Source of the DNA: Eledone cirrhosa | Taxonomy: Eukaryota | Reading direction: 5' to 3' | Assembly (NCBI GenBank): GCA_964016885.1 | Contig: OZ024741.1 | Span: 276,148,001-276,212,000, forward strand | DNA length: 64,000 bases | Shown: one piece after another, positions 33,250 to 48,200 of the stretch | How the letters are laid out: every line of letters begins with the position of its first letter | Numbering within the stretch: position 1 is the stretch's first letter | Notes under the pieces: generated by a model | What the model saw: only the letters and a program-made list of their open reading frames with translations | Databases searched by the model: none | What the model was told of the DNA's origin: nothing | Translations under genes and position numbers: made by a program

Positions 33250-36200
33250 TGTATAGAGGTTGTGTAGGTGTCATGACAAAAAACACCCAGTACACACTGT
33301 AAAGTGATCAAGTAGGTGTCACCACAGAAAACACCCAGTACACACTGTAAAGTGGTCATGTAGGAGTCATGACAAAAAACACCCAGTACACCGTAAAGTG
33401 GTCATGTAGGTGTCACCTCAGAAAACACCCAGTACACACCGTAAAGTGGTCATGTAGGTGTCACCACAGAAAACACCCAGTACACACCGTAAAGTGGTCA
33501 TGTAGGAGTCATGACAAAAAACACCCAGTACACCGTAAAGTGGTCATGTAGGTGTCACCACAGAAAACACCCAGTACACACCGTAAAGTGGTCATGTAGG
33601 TGTTACCACAGAAAACACCCAGTACACACCGTAAAGTGGTCATGTAGGTGTCACCACAGAAAACACCCAGTACACACTGTAAAGTGGTCATGTAGGTGTC
33701 ACCACAGAAAACACCCAGTACACACTATAAAGTGGTCATGTAGGTGTTACCACAGAAAACACCCAGTACACACCGTAAAGTGGTCATGTAGGTGTCACCA
33801 CAGAAAACACCCAGTACACACCGTAAAGTGGTCATGTAGGTGTCACCACAGAAAACACCCAGTACACACCGTAAAGTGGTCATGTAGGTGTCACCACAGA
33901 AAACACCCAGTACACACCGTAAAGTGGTCATGTAGGTGTTACCACAGAAAACACCCAGTACACACCGTAAAGTGGTCATGTAGGTGTCACCACAGAAAAC
34001 ACCCAGTACACACTGTAAGGTGGTCATGTAGGTGTCACCACAGAAAACACCCAGTACACACTATAGAGTGGTCATGTAGGTGTTACCACAGAAAACACCC
34101 AGTACACACCGTAAAGTGGTCATGTAGGTGTCACCACAGGAAACACCCAGTACACACCGTAAATTGGTCATGTAGGTGTCACCACAGAAAACACCCAGTA
34201 CACACCGTAAAGTGGTCATGTAGGTGTCACCACAGAAAACACCCAGTACACACCGTAAAGTGGTCATGTAGGTGTTACCACAGAAAACACCCAGTACACA
34301 CCGTAAAGTGGTCATGTAGGTGTCACCACAGAAAACACCCAGTACACACCGTAAAGTGGTCATGTAGGTGTCACCACAGAAAACACCCAGTACACACCGT
34401 AAAGTGGTCATGTAGGTGTCACCACAGAAAACACCCAGTACACACCGTAAAGTGGTCATGTAGGTGTTACCACAGAAAACACCCAGTACACACCGTAAAA
34501 TGGTCATGTAGGTGTCACCACAGAAAACACCCAGTATACACTGTAAAGTGGTCATGTAGGTGTCACCACAGAAAACACCCAGTACACACTATAAAGTGGT
34601 CATGTACGTGTTACCACAGAAAACACCCAGTACACACCGTAAAGTGGTCATGTAGGTGTCACCACAGGAAACACCCAGTACACACCGTAAAGTGGTCATG
34701 TAGGTGTCACCACAGGAAACACCCAGTACAGACCGTAAAGTGGTCATGTAGGTGTCACCACAGAAAACACCCAGTACACACCGTAAAGTGGTCATGTAGG
34801 AGTCATGACAAAAAACACCCAGTACACCGTAAAGTGGTCATGTAGGTGTCACCACAGAAAACACCCAGTACACACCGTAAAGTGGTCATGTAGGTGTCAC
34901 CACAGAAAACACCCAGTACACACCGTAAAGTGGTCATGTAGGTGTCACCACAGAAAACACCCAGTACACACCGTAGAGTGGTCATGTAGGTGTTACCACA
35001 GAAAACACCCAGTACACACCGTAAAGTGGTCATGTAGGTGTCACCACAGAAAACACCCAGTACACACTATAAAGTGGTCATGTAGGTGTCACCACAGAAA
35101 ACACCCAGTACACACTATAAAGTGGTCATGTAGGTGTCACCACAGAAAACACCCAGTACACACCGTAAAGTGGTCATGTAGGTGTCACCACAGAAAACAC
35201 CCAGTACACACTATAAAGTGGTCATGTAGGTGTCACCACAGAAAACACCCAGTACACACCGTAAAGTGGTCATGTAGGTGTTACCACAGAAAACACCCAG
35301 TACACATCGTAAAGTGGTCATGTAGGTGTCACCACAGAAAACACCCAGTACACACTATAAAGTGGTCATGTAGGTGTCACCACAGAAAACACCCAGTACA
35401 CACCGTAAAGTGGTCATGTAGGTGTCACCACAGAAAACACCCAGTACACACTATAAAGTGGTCATGTAGGTGTCACCGCAGAAAACACCCAGTACACGCT
35501 ATAAAGTGGTCATGTAGGTGTCACCACAGAAAACACCCAGTACACACTATAAAGTGGTCATGTAGGTGTTACCACAGAAAACACCCAGTACACACTATAA
35601 AGTGGTCATGTAGGTGTCACCGCAGAAAACACCCAGTACACACTATAAAGTGGTCATGTAGGTGTCACCACAGAAAACACCCAGTACACACTATAAAGTG
35701 GTCATGTAGGTGTCACCACAGAAAACACCCAGTACACACCGTAAAGTGGTCATGTAGGTGTCACCACAGAAAACACCCAGTACACACCGTAAAGTGGTCA
35801 TGTAGGTGTCACCACAGAAAACGCCCAGTACACACTATAAAGTGGTCATGTAGGTGTTACCACAGAAAACACCCAGTACACACCGTAAAGTGGTCATGTA
35901 GGTGTCATGACAGGAAACACCCAGTACACACCGTAAAGTGGTCATGTAGGTCTCACCACAGAAAACACCCAGTACACACCGTAAAGTGGTCATGTAGGTG
36001 TCACCACAGAAAACACCCAGTACACACTATAAAGTGGTCATGTAGGTGTCACCACAGAAAACACCCAGTACACACTATAAAGTGGTCATGTAGGTGTCAC
36101 CGCAGAAAACACCCAGTACACACTATAAAGTGGTCATGTAGGTGTCACCACAGAAAACACCCAGTACACACTATAAAGTGGTCATGTAGGTGTCACCACA

Positions 36201-39200
36201 GAAAACACCCTGTACACACCGTAAAGTGGTCATGTAGGTGTCACCACAGAAAACACCCAGTACACACCGTAAAGTGGTCATGTAGGTGTCACCACAGAAA
36301 ACGCCCAGTACACACTATAAAGTGGTCATGTAGGTGTTACCACAGAAAACACCCAGTACACACCGTAAAGTGGTCATGTAGGTGTCACCACAGGAAACAC
36401 CCAGTACACACCGTAAAGTGGTCATGTAGGTGTCACGACAGGAAACACCCAGTACACACCGTAAAGTGGTCATGTAGGTCTCACCACAGAAAACACCCAG
36501 TACACACCGTAAAATGGTCATGTAGGAGTCATGACAAAAAACACCCAGTACACCGTAAAGTGGTCATGTAGGTGTCACCACAGAAAACACCCAGTACACA
36601 CCGTAAAGTGGTCATGTAGGTGTCACAACAGAAAACACCCAGTACACACCGTAAAGTGGTCATGTAGGTGTCACCACAGAAAACACCCAGTACACACCGT
36701 AAAGTGGTCATGTAGGTGTTACCACAGAAAACACCCAGTACACACCGTAAAGTGGTCATGTAGGTGTCACTACAGAAAACACCCAGTACACTCTATAAAG
36801 TGGTCATGTAGGTGTCACCACAGAAAACACCCAGTACACACTATAAAGTGGTCATGTAGGTGTCACCACAGAAAACACCCAGTACACACCGTAAAGTGGT
36901 CATGTAGGTGTCACCACAGAAAACACCCAGTACACACCGTAAAGTGGTCATGTAGGTGTCACCACAGAAAACACCCAGTACACACCGTAAAGTGGTCATG
37001 TGGGTGTCACCACAGAAAACATCCAGTACACACCGTAAAGTGGTCATGTAGGTGTCACCACAGAAAACACCCAGTACACACTATAAAGTGGTCATGTAGG
37101 TGTCACCACAGAAAACACCCAGTACACACCGTAAAGTGGTCATGTAGGTGTCACCACAGAAAACACCCAGTACACACCGTAAAGTGGTCATGTAGGTGTT
37201 ACCACAGAAAACACCCAGTACACACCGTAAAGTGGTCATGTAGGTGTCACTACAGAAAACACCCAGTACACTCTATAAAGTGGTCATGTAGGTGTCACCA
37301 CAGAAAACACCCAGTACACACTATAAAGTGGTCATGTAGGTGTCACCACAGAAAACACCCAGTACACACCGTAAAGTGGTCATGTAGGTGTCACCACAGA
37401 AAACACCCAGTACACACTATAAAGTGGTCATGTAGGTGTCACCACAGAAAACACCCAGTACACACCGTAAAGTGGTCATGTGGGTGTCACCACAGAAAAC
37501 ATCCAGTACACACCGTAAAGTGGTCATGTAGGTGTCACCACAGAAAACACCCAGTACACACTATAAAGTGGTCATGTAGGTGTCACCACAGAAAACACCC
37601 AGTACACACCGTAAAGTGGTCATGTAGGTGTCACCACAGAAAACACCCAGTACACACTATAAAGTGGTCATGTAGGTGTCACCGCAGAAAACACCCAGTA
37701 CACACTATAAAGTGGTCATGTAGGTGTCACCACAGAAAACACCCAGTACACACCGTAAAGTCGTCATGTAGGTGTCACCACAGAAAACACCCAGTACACA
37801 CTATAAAGTGGTCATGTAGGTGTCACCGCAGAAAACACCCAGTACACACTATAAAGTGATCATGTAGGTGTTACCACAGAAAACACCCAGTACACACCGT
37901 AAAGTGGTCATGTAGGTGTAACCACAGAAAACACCCAGTACACACTATAAAGTGGTTATGTAGGTGTCACCACAGAAAACACCCAGTACACACCGTAAAG
38001 TGGTCATGTAGGTGTCACCACAGAAAACACCCAGTACACACCGTAAAGTGGTCATGTAGGTGTCACCACAGAAAACACCTAGTACACACCGTAAAGTGGT
38101 CATGTAGGTGTCACCACAGAAAACACCCAGTACACACCGTAAAGTGGTCATGTAGGTGTCACCACAGAAAACACCCAGTACACACTATAAAGTGGTCATG
38201 TAGGTGTTACCACAGAAAACACCCAGTATACACCGTAAAGTGGTCATGTAGGTGTCACCACAGGAAACACCAAGTACACACCGTAAAGTGGTCATGTAGG
38301 TGTCACCACAGAAAACACCCAGTACACACCGTAAAGTGGTCATGTAGGTGTCACCACAGACAACACTCAGTACACACTATAAAGTGGTCATGTAGGTGTC
38401 ACCACAGAAAACACCCAGTACACACTATAAAGTGGTCATGTAGGTGTCACCACAGAAAACACCCAGTACACACCGTAAAGTGGTCATGTAGGTGTCACCA
38501 CAGAAAACACCCAGTACACACCGTAAAGTGGTCATGTAGGTGTCACCACAGAAAACACCCAGTACACACCGTAAAGTGGTCATGTAGGTGTTACCACAGA
38601 AAACACCCAGTACACACCGTAAAGTGGTCATGTAGGTGTCACCACAGAAAACACCCAGTACACACTATAAAGTGGTCATGTAGGTGTCACCACAGAAAAC
38701 ACCCAGTACACACTATAAAGTGGTCATGTAGGTGTCACCACAGAAAACACCCAGTACACACCGTAAAGTGGTCATCTAGGTGTCACCACAGAAAACACCC
38801 AGTACACACTATAAAGTGGTCATGTAGGTGTCACCACAGAAAACACCCAGTACACACTATAAAGTGGTCATGTAGGTGTTACCACAGAAAACACCCAGTA
38901 CACCGAAAAATGGTCATGTAGGTGTCACCACAGAAAACACCCAGTACACACCGTAAAGTGGTCATGTAGGTGTCACCACAGAAAACACCCAGTACACACC
39001 GTAAAGTGGTCATGTAGGTGTCACCACAGAAAACACCCAGTACACACCGTAAAGTGGTCATGTAGGTGTCACCACAGAAAACACCCAGTACACACCGTAA
39101 AGTGGTCATGTAGGTGTCACCACAGAAAACACACAGTACACACCGTAAAGTGGTCATGTAGGTGTCACCACAGAAAACACCCAGTACACACTATGAAGTG

Positions 39201-42200
39201 GTCATGTAGGTGTCACGACAGGAAACACCCAGTACACACCGTAAAGTGGTCATGTAGGTCTCACCACAGAAAACACCCAGTACACACCGTAAAATGGTCA
39301 TGTAGGAGTCATGACAAAAAACACCCAGTACACCGTAAAGTGGTCATGTAGGTGTCACCACAGAAAACACCCAGTACACACCGTAAAGTGGTCATGTAGG
39401 TGTCACAACAGAAAACACCCAGTACACACCGTAAAGTGGTCATGTAGGTGTCACCACAGAAAACACCCAGTACACACCGTAAAGTGGTCATGTAGGTGTT
39501 ACCACAGAAAACACCCAGTACACACCGTAAAGTGGTCATGTAGGTGTCACTACAGAAAACACCCAGTACACTCTATAAAGTGGTCATGTAGGTGTCACCA
39601 CAGAAAACACCCAGTACACACTATAAAGTGGTCATGTAGGTGTCACCACAGAAAACACCCAGTACACACCGTAAAGTGGTCATGTGGGTGTCACCACAGA
39701 AAACATCCAGTACACACCGTAAAGTGGTCATGTAGGTGTCACCACAGAAAACACCCAGTACACACTATAAAGTGGTCATGTAGGTGTCACTACAGAAAAC
39801 ACCCAGTACACACCGTAAAGTGGTCATGTAGGTGTCACCACAGAAAACACCCAGTACACACCGTAAAGTGGTCATGTAGGTGTTACCACAGAAAACACCC
39901 AGTACACACCGTAAAGTGGTCATGTAGGTGTCACTACAGAAAACACCCAGTACACTCTATAAAGTGGTCATGTAGGTGTCACCACAGAAAACACCCAGTA
40001 CACACTATAAAGTGGTCATGTAGGTGTCACCACAGAAAACACCCAGTACACACCGTAAAGTGGTCATGTAGGTGTCACCACAGAAAACACCCAGTACACA
40101 CTATAAAGTGGTCATGTAGGTGTCACCACAGAAAACACCCAGTACACACCGTAAAGTGGTCATGTGGGTGTCACCACAGAAAACATCCAGTACACACCGT
40201 AAAGTGGTCATGTAGGTGTCACCACAGAAAACACCCAGTACACACTATAAAGTGGTCATGTAGGTGTCACCACAGAAAACACCCAGTACACACCGTAAAG
40301 TGGTCATGTAGGTGTCACCACAGAAAACACCCAGTACACACTATAAAGTGGTCATGTAGGTGTCACCGCAGAAAACACCCAGTACACACTATAAAGTGGT
40401 CATGTAGGTGTCACCACAGAAAACACCCAGTACACACCGTAAAGTCGTCATGTAGGTGTCACCACAGAAAACACCCAGTACACACTATAAAGTGGTCATG
40501 TAGGTGTCACCGCAGAAAACACCCAGTACACACCGTAAAGTGGTCATGTAGGTGTCACCACAGAAAACACCTAGTACACACCGTAAAGTGGTCATGTAGG
40601 TGTCACCACAGAAAACACCCAGTGCACACCGTAAAGTGGTCATGTAGGTGTTACCACAGAAAACACCCAGTACACACCGTAAAGTGGTCATGTAGGTGTC
40701 ACCACAGAAAACACCCAGTACACACTGTAAAGTGGTCATGTAGGTGTCACCACAGAAAACACCCAGTACACACTATAAAGTGGTCATGTAGGTGTTACCA
40801 CAGAAAACACCCAGTATACACCGTAAAGTGGTCATGTAGGTGTCACCACAGGAAACACCAAGTACACACCGTAAAGTGGTCATGTAGGTGTCACCACAGA
40901 AAACACCCAGTACACACCGTAAAGTGGTCATGTAGGTGTCACCACAGACAACACTCAGTACACACTATAAAGTGGTCATGTAGGTGTCACCACAGAAAAC
41001 ACCCAGTACACACTATAAAGTGGTCATGTAGGTGTCACCACAGAAAACACCCAGTACACACCGTAAAGTGGTCATGTAGGTGTCACCACAGAAAACACCC
41101 AGTACACACCGTAAAGTGGTCATGTAGGTGTCACCACAGAAAACACCCAGTACACACCGTAAAGTGGTCATGTAGGTGTTACCACAGAAAACACCCAGTA
41201 CACACCGTAAAGTGGTCATGTAGGTGTCACCACAGAAAACACCCAGTACACACTATAAAGTGGTCATGTAGGTGTCACCACAGAAAACACCCAGTACACA
41301 CTATAAAGTGGTCATGTAGGTGTCACCACAGAAAACACCCAGTACACACCGTAAAGTGGTCATCTAGGTGTCACCACAGAAAACACCCAGTACACACTAT
41401 AAAGTGGTCATGTAGGTGTCACCACAGAAAACACCCAGTACACACTATAAAGTGGTCATGTAGGTGTTACCACAGAAAACACCCAGTACACCGAAAAATG
41501 GTCATGTAGGTGTCACCACAGAAAACACCCAGTACACACCGTAAAGTGGTCATGTAGGTGTCACCACAGAAAACACCCAGTACACACCGTAAAGTGGTCA
41601 TGTAGGTGTCACCACAGAAAACACCCAGTACACACCGTAAAGTGGTCATGTAGGTGTCACCACAGAAAACACCCAGTACACACCGTAAAGTGGTCATGTA
41701 GGTGTCACCACAGAAAACACACAGTACACACCGTAAAGTGGTCATGTAGGTGTCACCACAGAAAACACCCAGTACACACTATAAAGTGGTCATGTAGGTG
41801 TCACCACAGAAAACACCCAGTACACACCGTAAAGTGGTTATGTAGGTGTCACCACAGAAAACACCCAGTACACACCGTAAAGTGGTCATGTAGGTGTCAC
41901 CACAGAAACGCCCAGTACACACCGTAAAGTGATCATGTAGGTGTCACCACAGAAAACACCCAGTACACACTATAAAGTGGTCATGTAGGTGTCACCACAG
42001 AAAACACCCAGTACACACCGTAAAGTGGTCATGTAGGTGTTACCACAGAAAACACCCAGTACACACCGTAAAGTGGTCATGTAGGTGTCACCACAGAAAA
42101 CACCCAGTACACACTGTAAAGTGGTCATGTAGGTGTCACCACAGAAAATACCCAGTACACACTATAAAGTGGTCATGTAGGTGTTACCACAGAAAACACC

Positions 42201-45200
42201 CAGTACACACCGTAAAGTGGTCATGTAGGTGTCACCACAGGAAACACCCAGTACACACCGTAAAGTGGTCTTGTAGGTGTCACCACAGGAAACACCCAGT
42301 ACACACCGTAAAGTGGTCATGTAGGTGTCACCACAGAAAACACCCAGTACACACCGTAAAGTGGTCATGTAGGTGTCACCACAGAAAACACCCAGTACAC
42401 ACTATAAAGTGGTCATGTAGGTGTCACCACAGAAAACACCCAGTACACACTATAAAGTGGTCATGTAGGTGTCACCACAGAAAACACCCAGTACACACCG
42501 TAAAGTGGTCATCTAGGTGTCACCACAGAAAACACCCAGTACACACCGTAAAGTGGTCATGTAGGTGTTACCACAGAAAACACCCAGTACACACCGTAAA
42601 GTGGTCATGTAGGTGTCACCACAGAAAACACCCAGTACACACTATAAAGTGGTCATGTAGGTGTTACCACAGAAAACACCCAGTACACACTATAAAGTGG
42701 TCATGTAGGTGTCACCACAGAAAACACCCAGTACACACTATAAAGTGGTCATGTAGGTGTCACCACAGAAAACACCCAGTACACACCGTAAAGTGGTCAT
42801 CTAGGTGTCACCACAGAAAACACCCAGTACACACTATAAAGTGGTCATGTAGGTGTTACCACAGAAAACACCCAGTACACACCGTAAAGTGGTCATGTAG
42901 GTGTCACCACAGAAAACACCCAGTACACACTATAAAGTGGTTATGTAGGTGTCACCACAGAAAACACCCAGTACACACCGTAAAGTGGTCATGTAGGTGT
43001 CACCGCAGAAAACACCCAGTACACACTATAAAGTGGTCATGTAGGTGTTACCACAGAAAACACCCAGTACACACCGTAAAGTGGTCATGTAGGTGTCACC
43101 ACAGAAAACACCCAGTACACACTATAAAGTGGTCATGTAGGTGTCACCACAGAAAACACCCAGTACACACCGTAAAGTGGTCATGTAGGTGTCACCACAG
43201 AAAACACCCAGTACACACCGTAAAGTGGTCATGTAGGTGTCACCACAGAAAACACCCAGTACACACTATAAAGTGGTCATGTAGGTGTCACCACAGAAAA
43301 CACCCAGTACACACCATAAAGTGGTCATGTAGGTGTCACCACAGAAAACACCCAGTACACACAGTAAAGTGGTCATGTAGGTGTCACCACAGAAAACACC
43401 CAGTACACACTATAAAGTGGTCATGTAGGTGTCACCACAGAAAACACCCAGTACACACCGTAAAATGGTCATGTAGGTGTCACCACAGAAAACGCCCAGT
43501 ACACACTATAAAGTGGTCATGTAGGTGTTACCACAGAAAACACCCAGTACACACCGTAAAGTGGTCATGTAGGTGTCACCACAGGAAACACCCAGTACAC
43601 ACCGTAAAGTGGTCATGTAGGTGTCACCACAGGAAACACCCAGTACACACCGTAAAGTGGTCATGTAGGTGTTACCACAGAAAACACCCAGTACACACCG
43701 TAAAGTGGTCATGTAGGTGTCACCACAGAAAACACCCAGTACACACTATAAAGTGGTCATGTAGGTGTCACCACAGAAAACACCTAGTACACACTATAAA
43801 GTGGTCATGTAGGTGTCACCACAGAAAACACCCAGTACACACCGTAAAGTGGTCATCTAGGTGTCACCACAGAAAACACCCAGTACACACTATAAAGTGG
43901 TCATGTAGGTGTCACCACAGAAAACACCCAGTACACACCGTAAAGTGGTCATGTAGGTGTCACCACAGAAAACACCCAGTACACACCGTAAAGTGGTCAT
44001 GTAGGTGTCACCACAGAAAACACCCAGTACACACTATAAAGTGGTCATGTAGGTGTCACCACAGAAAACACCCAGTACACACCGTAAAGTGGTCATGTAG
44101 GTGTCACCACAGAAAACACCCAGTACACACCGTAAAGTGGTCATGTAGGTGTCACCACAGAAAACACCCAGTACACACTATAAAGTGGTCATGTAGGTGT
44201 CACCGCAGAAAACACCCAGTACACACTATAAAGTGGTCATGTAGGTGTCACCACAGAAAACACCCAGTACACACTATAAAGTGGTCATGTAGGTGTTACC
44301 ACAGAAAACACCCAGTACACACCGTAAAGTGGTCATGTAGGTGTCACCACAGAAAACACCCAGTACACACTATAAAGTGGTTATGTAGGTGTCACCACAG
44401 AAAACACCCAGTACACACCGTAAAGTGGTCATGTAGGTGTCACCGCAGAAAACACCCAGTACACACTATAAAGTGGTCATGTAGGTGTTACCACAGAAAA
44501 CACCCAGTACACACCGTAAAGTGGTCATGTAGGTGTCACCACAGAAAACACCCAGTACACACTATAAAGTGGTCATGTAGGTGTCACCACAGAAAACACC
44601 CAGTACACACCGTAAAGTGGTCATGTAGGTGTCACCACAGAAAACACCCAGTACACACCGTAAAGTGGTCATGTAGGTGTCACCACAGAAAACACCCAGT
44701 ACACACTATAAAGTGGTCATGTAGGTGTCACCACAGAAAACACCCAGTACACACCATAAAGTGGTCATGTAGGTGTCACCACAGAAAACACCCAGTACAC
44801 ACCGTAAAGTGGTCATGTAGGTGTCACCACAGAAAACACCCAGTACACACTATAAAGTGGTCATGTAGGTGTCACCACAGAAAACACCCAGTATACACCG
44901 TAAAGTGGTCATGTAGGTGTCACCACAGAAAACGCCCAGTACACACTATAAAGTGGTCATGTAGGTGTTACCACAGAAAACACCCAGTACACACCGTAAA
45001 GTGGTCATGTAGGTGTCACCACAGGAAACACCCAGTACACACCGTAAAGTGGTCATGTAGGTGTCACCACAGGAAACACCCAGTACACACCGTAAAGTGG
45101 TCATGTAGGTGTCACCACAGGAAACACCCAGTACACACCGTAAAGTGGTCATGTAGGTGTCACCACAGAAAACACCCAGTACACACCGTAAAGTGGTCAT

Positions 45201-48200
45201 GTAGGAGTCATGACAAAAAACACCCAGGACACCGTAAAGTGGTCATGTAGGTGTCACCACAGAAAACACCCAGTACACACCGTAAAGTGGTCTTGTAGGT
45301 GTCACCACAGAAAACACCCAGTACACACCGTAAAGTGGTCATGTAGGTGTCACCACAGAAAACACCCAGTACACACCGTAAAGTGGTCATGTAGGTGTTA
45401 CCACAGAAAACACCCAGTACACACCGTAAAGTGGTCATGTAGGTGTCACCACAGAAAACACCCAGTACACACCGTAAAGTGGTCATGTAGGTGTCACCAC
45501 AGGAAACACCCAGTACACACCGTAAAGTGGTCATGTAGGTGTCACCACAGGAAACACCCAGTACACACCGTAAAGTGATCATGTAGGTGTCACCACAGAA
45601 AACACCCAGTACACACCGTAAAGTGGTCATGTAGGAGTCATGACAAAAAACACCCAGTACACCGTAAAGTGGTCATGTAGGTGTCACCACAGAAAACGCC
45701 CAGTACACACCGTAAAGTGGTCATGTAGGTGTCACCACAGAAAACACCCAGTACACACCGTAAAGTGGTCATGTAGGTGTCACCACAGAAAACACCCAGT
45801 ACACACCGTAAAGTGGTCATGTAGGTGTTACCACAGAAAACACCCAGTACATACCGTAAAGTGGTCATGTAGGTGTCACCACAGGAAACACCCAGTACAC
45901 ACCGTAAAGTGGTCAAGTAGGTGTCACCACAGGAAACACCCAGTACACACCGTAAAGTGGTCATGTAGGTGTCACCACAGAAAACACTCAGTACACACCG
46001 TAAAGTGGTCATGTAGGAGTCATGACAAAAAACACCCAGTACACCGTAAAGTGGTTATGTAGGTGTCACCACAGAAAACACCCAGTACACACCGTAAAGT
46101 GGTCATGTAGGTGTCACCACAGAAAACGCCCAGTACACACTATAAAGTGGTCATGTAGGTGTCACCACAGAAAACACCCAGTACACACCGTAAAGTGGTC
46201 ATGTAGGTGTCACCACAGAAAACACCCAGTACACACCGTAAAGTGGTCATGTAGGTGTCACCACAGAAAACGCCCAGTACACACTATAAAGTGGTCATGT
46301 AGGTGTCACCGCAGAAAACACCCAGTACACACCGTAAAGTGGTCATGTAGGTGTCACCACAGAAAACACCCAGTACACACCGTAAAGTGGTCATGTAGGT
46401 GTCACCACAGAAAACACCCAGTACACACCGTAAAGTGGTCATGTAGGTGTCACCACAGAAAACACCCAGTACACACCGTAAAGTGGTCATGTAGGTGTTA
46501 CCACAGAAAACACCCAGTACACACCGTAAAGTGGTCATGTAGGTGTCACCACAGAAAACACCCAGTACACACTATAAAGTGGTCATGTAGGTGTCACCAC
46601 AGAAAACACCCAGTACACACTATAAAGTGGTCATGTAGGTGTCACCACAGAAAACACCCAGTACACACCGTAAAGTGGTCATCTAGGTGTCACCACAGAA
46701 AACACCCAGTACACACTATAAAGTGGTCATGTAGGTGTCACCACAGAAAACACCCAGTACACACTATAAAGTGGTCATGTAGGTGTTACCACAGAAAACA
46801 CCCAGTACACCGAAAAATGGTCATGTAGGTGTCACCACAGAAAACACCCAGTACACACCGTAAAGTGGTCATGTAGGTGTCACCACAGAAAACACCCAGT
46901 ACACACCGTAAAGTGGTCATGTAGGTGTCACCACAGAAAACACCCAGTACACACCGTAAAGTGGTCATGTAGGTGTCACCACAGAAAACACCCAGTACAC
47001 ACCGTAAAGTGGTCATGTAGGTGTCACCACAGAAAACACACAGTACACACCGTAAAGTGGTCATGTAGGTGTCACCACAGAAAACACCCAGTACACACTA
47101 TGAAGTGGTCATGTAGGTGTCACGACAGGAAACACCCAGTACACACCGTAAAGTGGTCATGTAGGTCTCACCACAGAAAACACCCAGTACACACCGTAAA
47201 ATGGTCATGTAGGAGTCATGACAAAAAACACCCAGTACACCGTAAAGTGGTCATGTAGGTGTCACCACAGAAAACACCCAGTACACACCGTAAAGTGGTC
47301 ATGTAGGTGTCACAACAGAAAACACCCAGTACACACCGTAAAGTGGTCATGTAGGTGTCACCACAGAAAACACCCAGTACACACCGTAAAGTGGTCATGT
47401 AGGTGTTACCACAGAAAACACCCAGTACACACCGTAAAGTGGTCATGTAGGTGTCACTACAGAAAACACCCAGTACACTCTATAAAGTGGTCATGTAGGT
47501 GTCACCACAGAAAACACCCAGTACACACTATAAAGTGGTCATGTAGGTGTCACCACAGAAAACACCCAGTACACACCGTAAAGTGGTCATGTAGGTGTCA
47601 CCACAGAAAACACCCAGTACACACCGTAAAGTGGTCATGTGGGTGTCACCACAGAAAACATCCAGTACACACCGTAAAGTGGTCATGTAGGTGTCACCAC
47701 AGAAAACACCCAGTACACACTATAAAGTGGTCATGTAGGTGTCACTACAGAAAACACCCAGTACACACCGTAAAGTGGTCATGTAGGTGTCACCACAGAA
47801 AACACCCAGTACACACCGTAAAGTGGTCATGTAGGTGTTACCACAGAAAACACCCAGTACACACCGTAAAGTGGTCATGTAGGTGTCACTACAGAAAACA
47901 CCCAGTACACTCTATAAAGTGGTCATGTAGGTGTCACCACAGAAAACACCCAGTACACACTATAAAGTGGTCATGTAGGTGTCACCACAGAAAACACCCA
48001 GTACACACCGTAAAGTGGTCATGTAGGTGTCACCACAGAAAACACCCAGTACACACTATAAAGTGGTCATGTAGGTGTCACCACAGAAAACACCCAGTAC
48101 ACACCGTAAAGTGGTCATGTGGGTGTCACCACAGAAAACATCCAGTACACACCGTAAAGTGGTCATGTAGGTGTCACCACAGAAAACACCCAGTACACAC

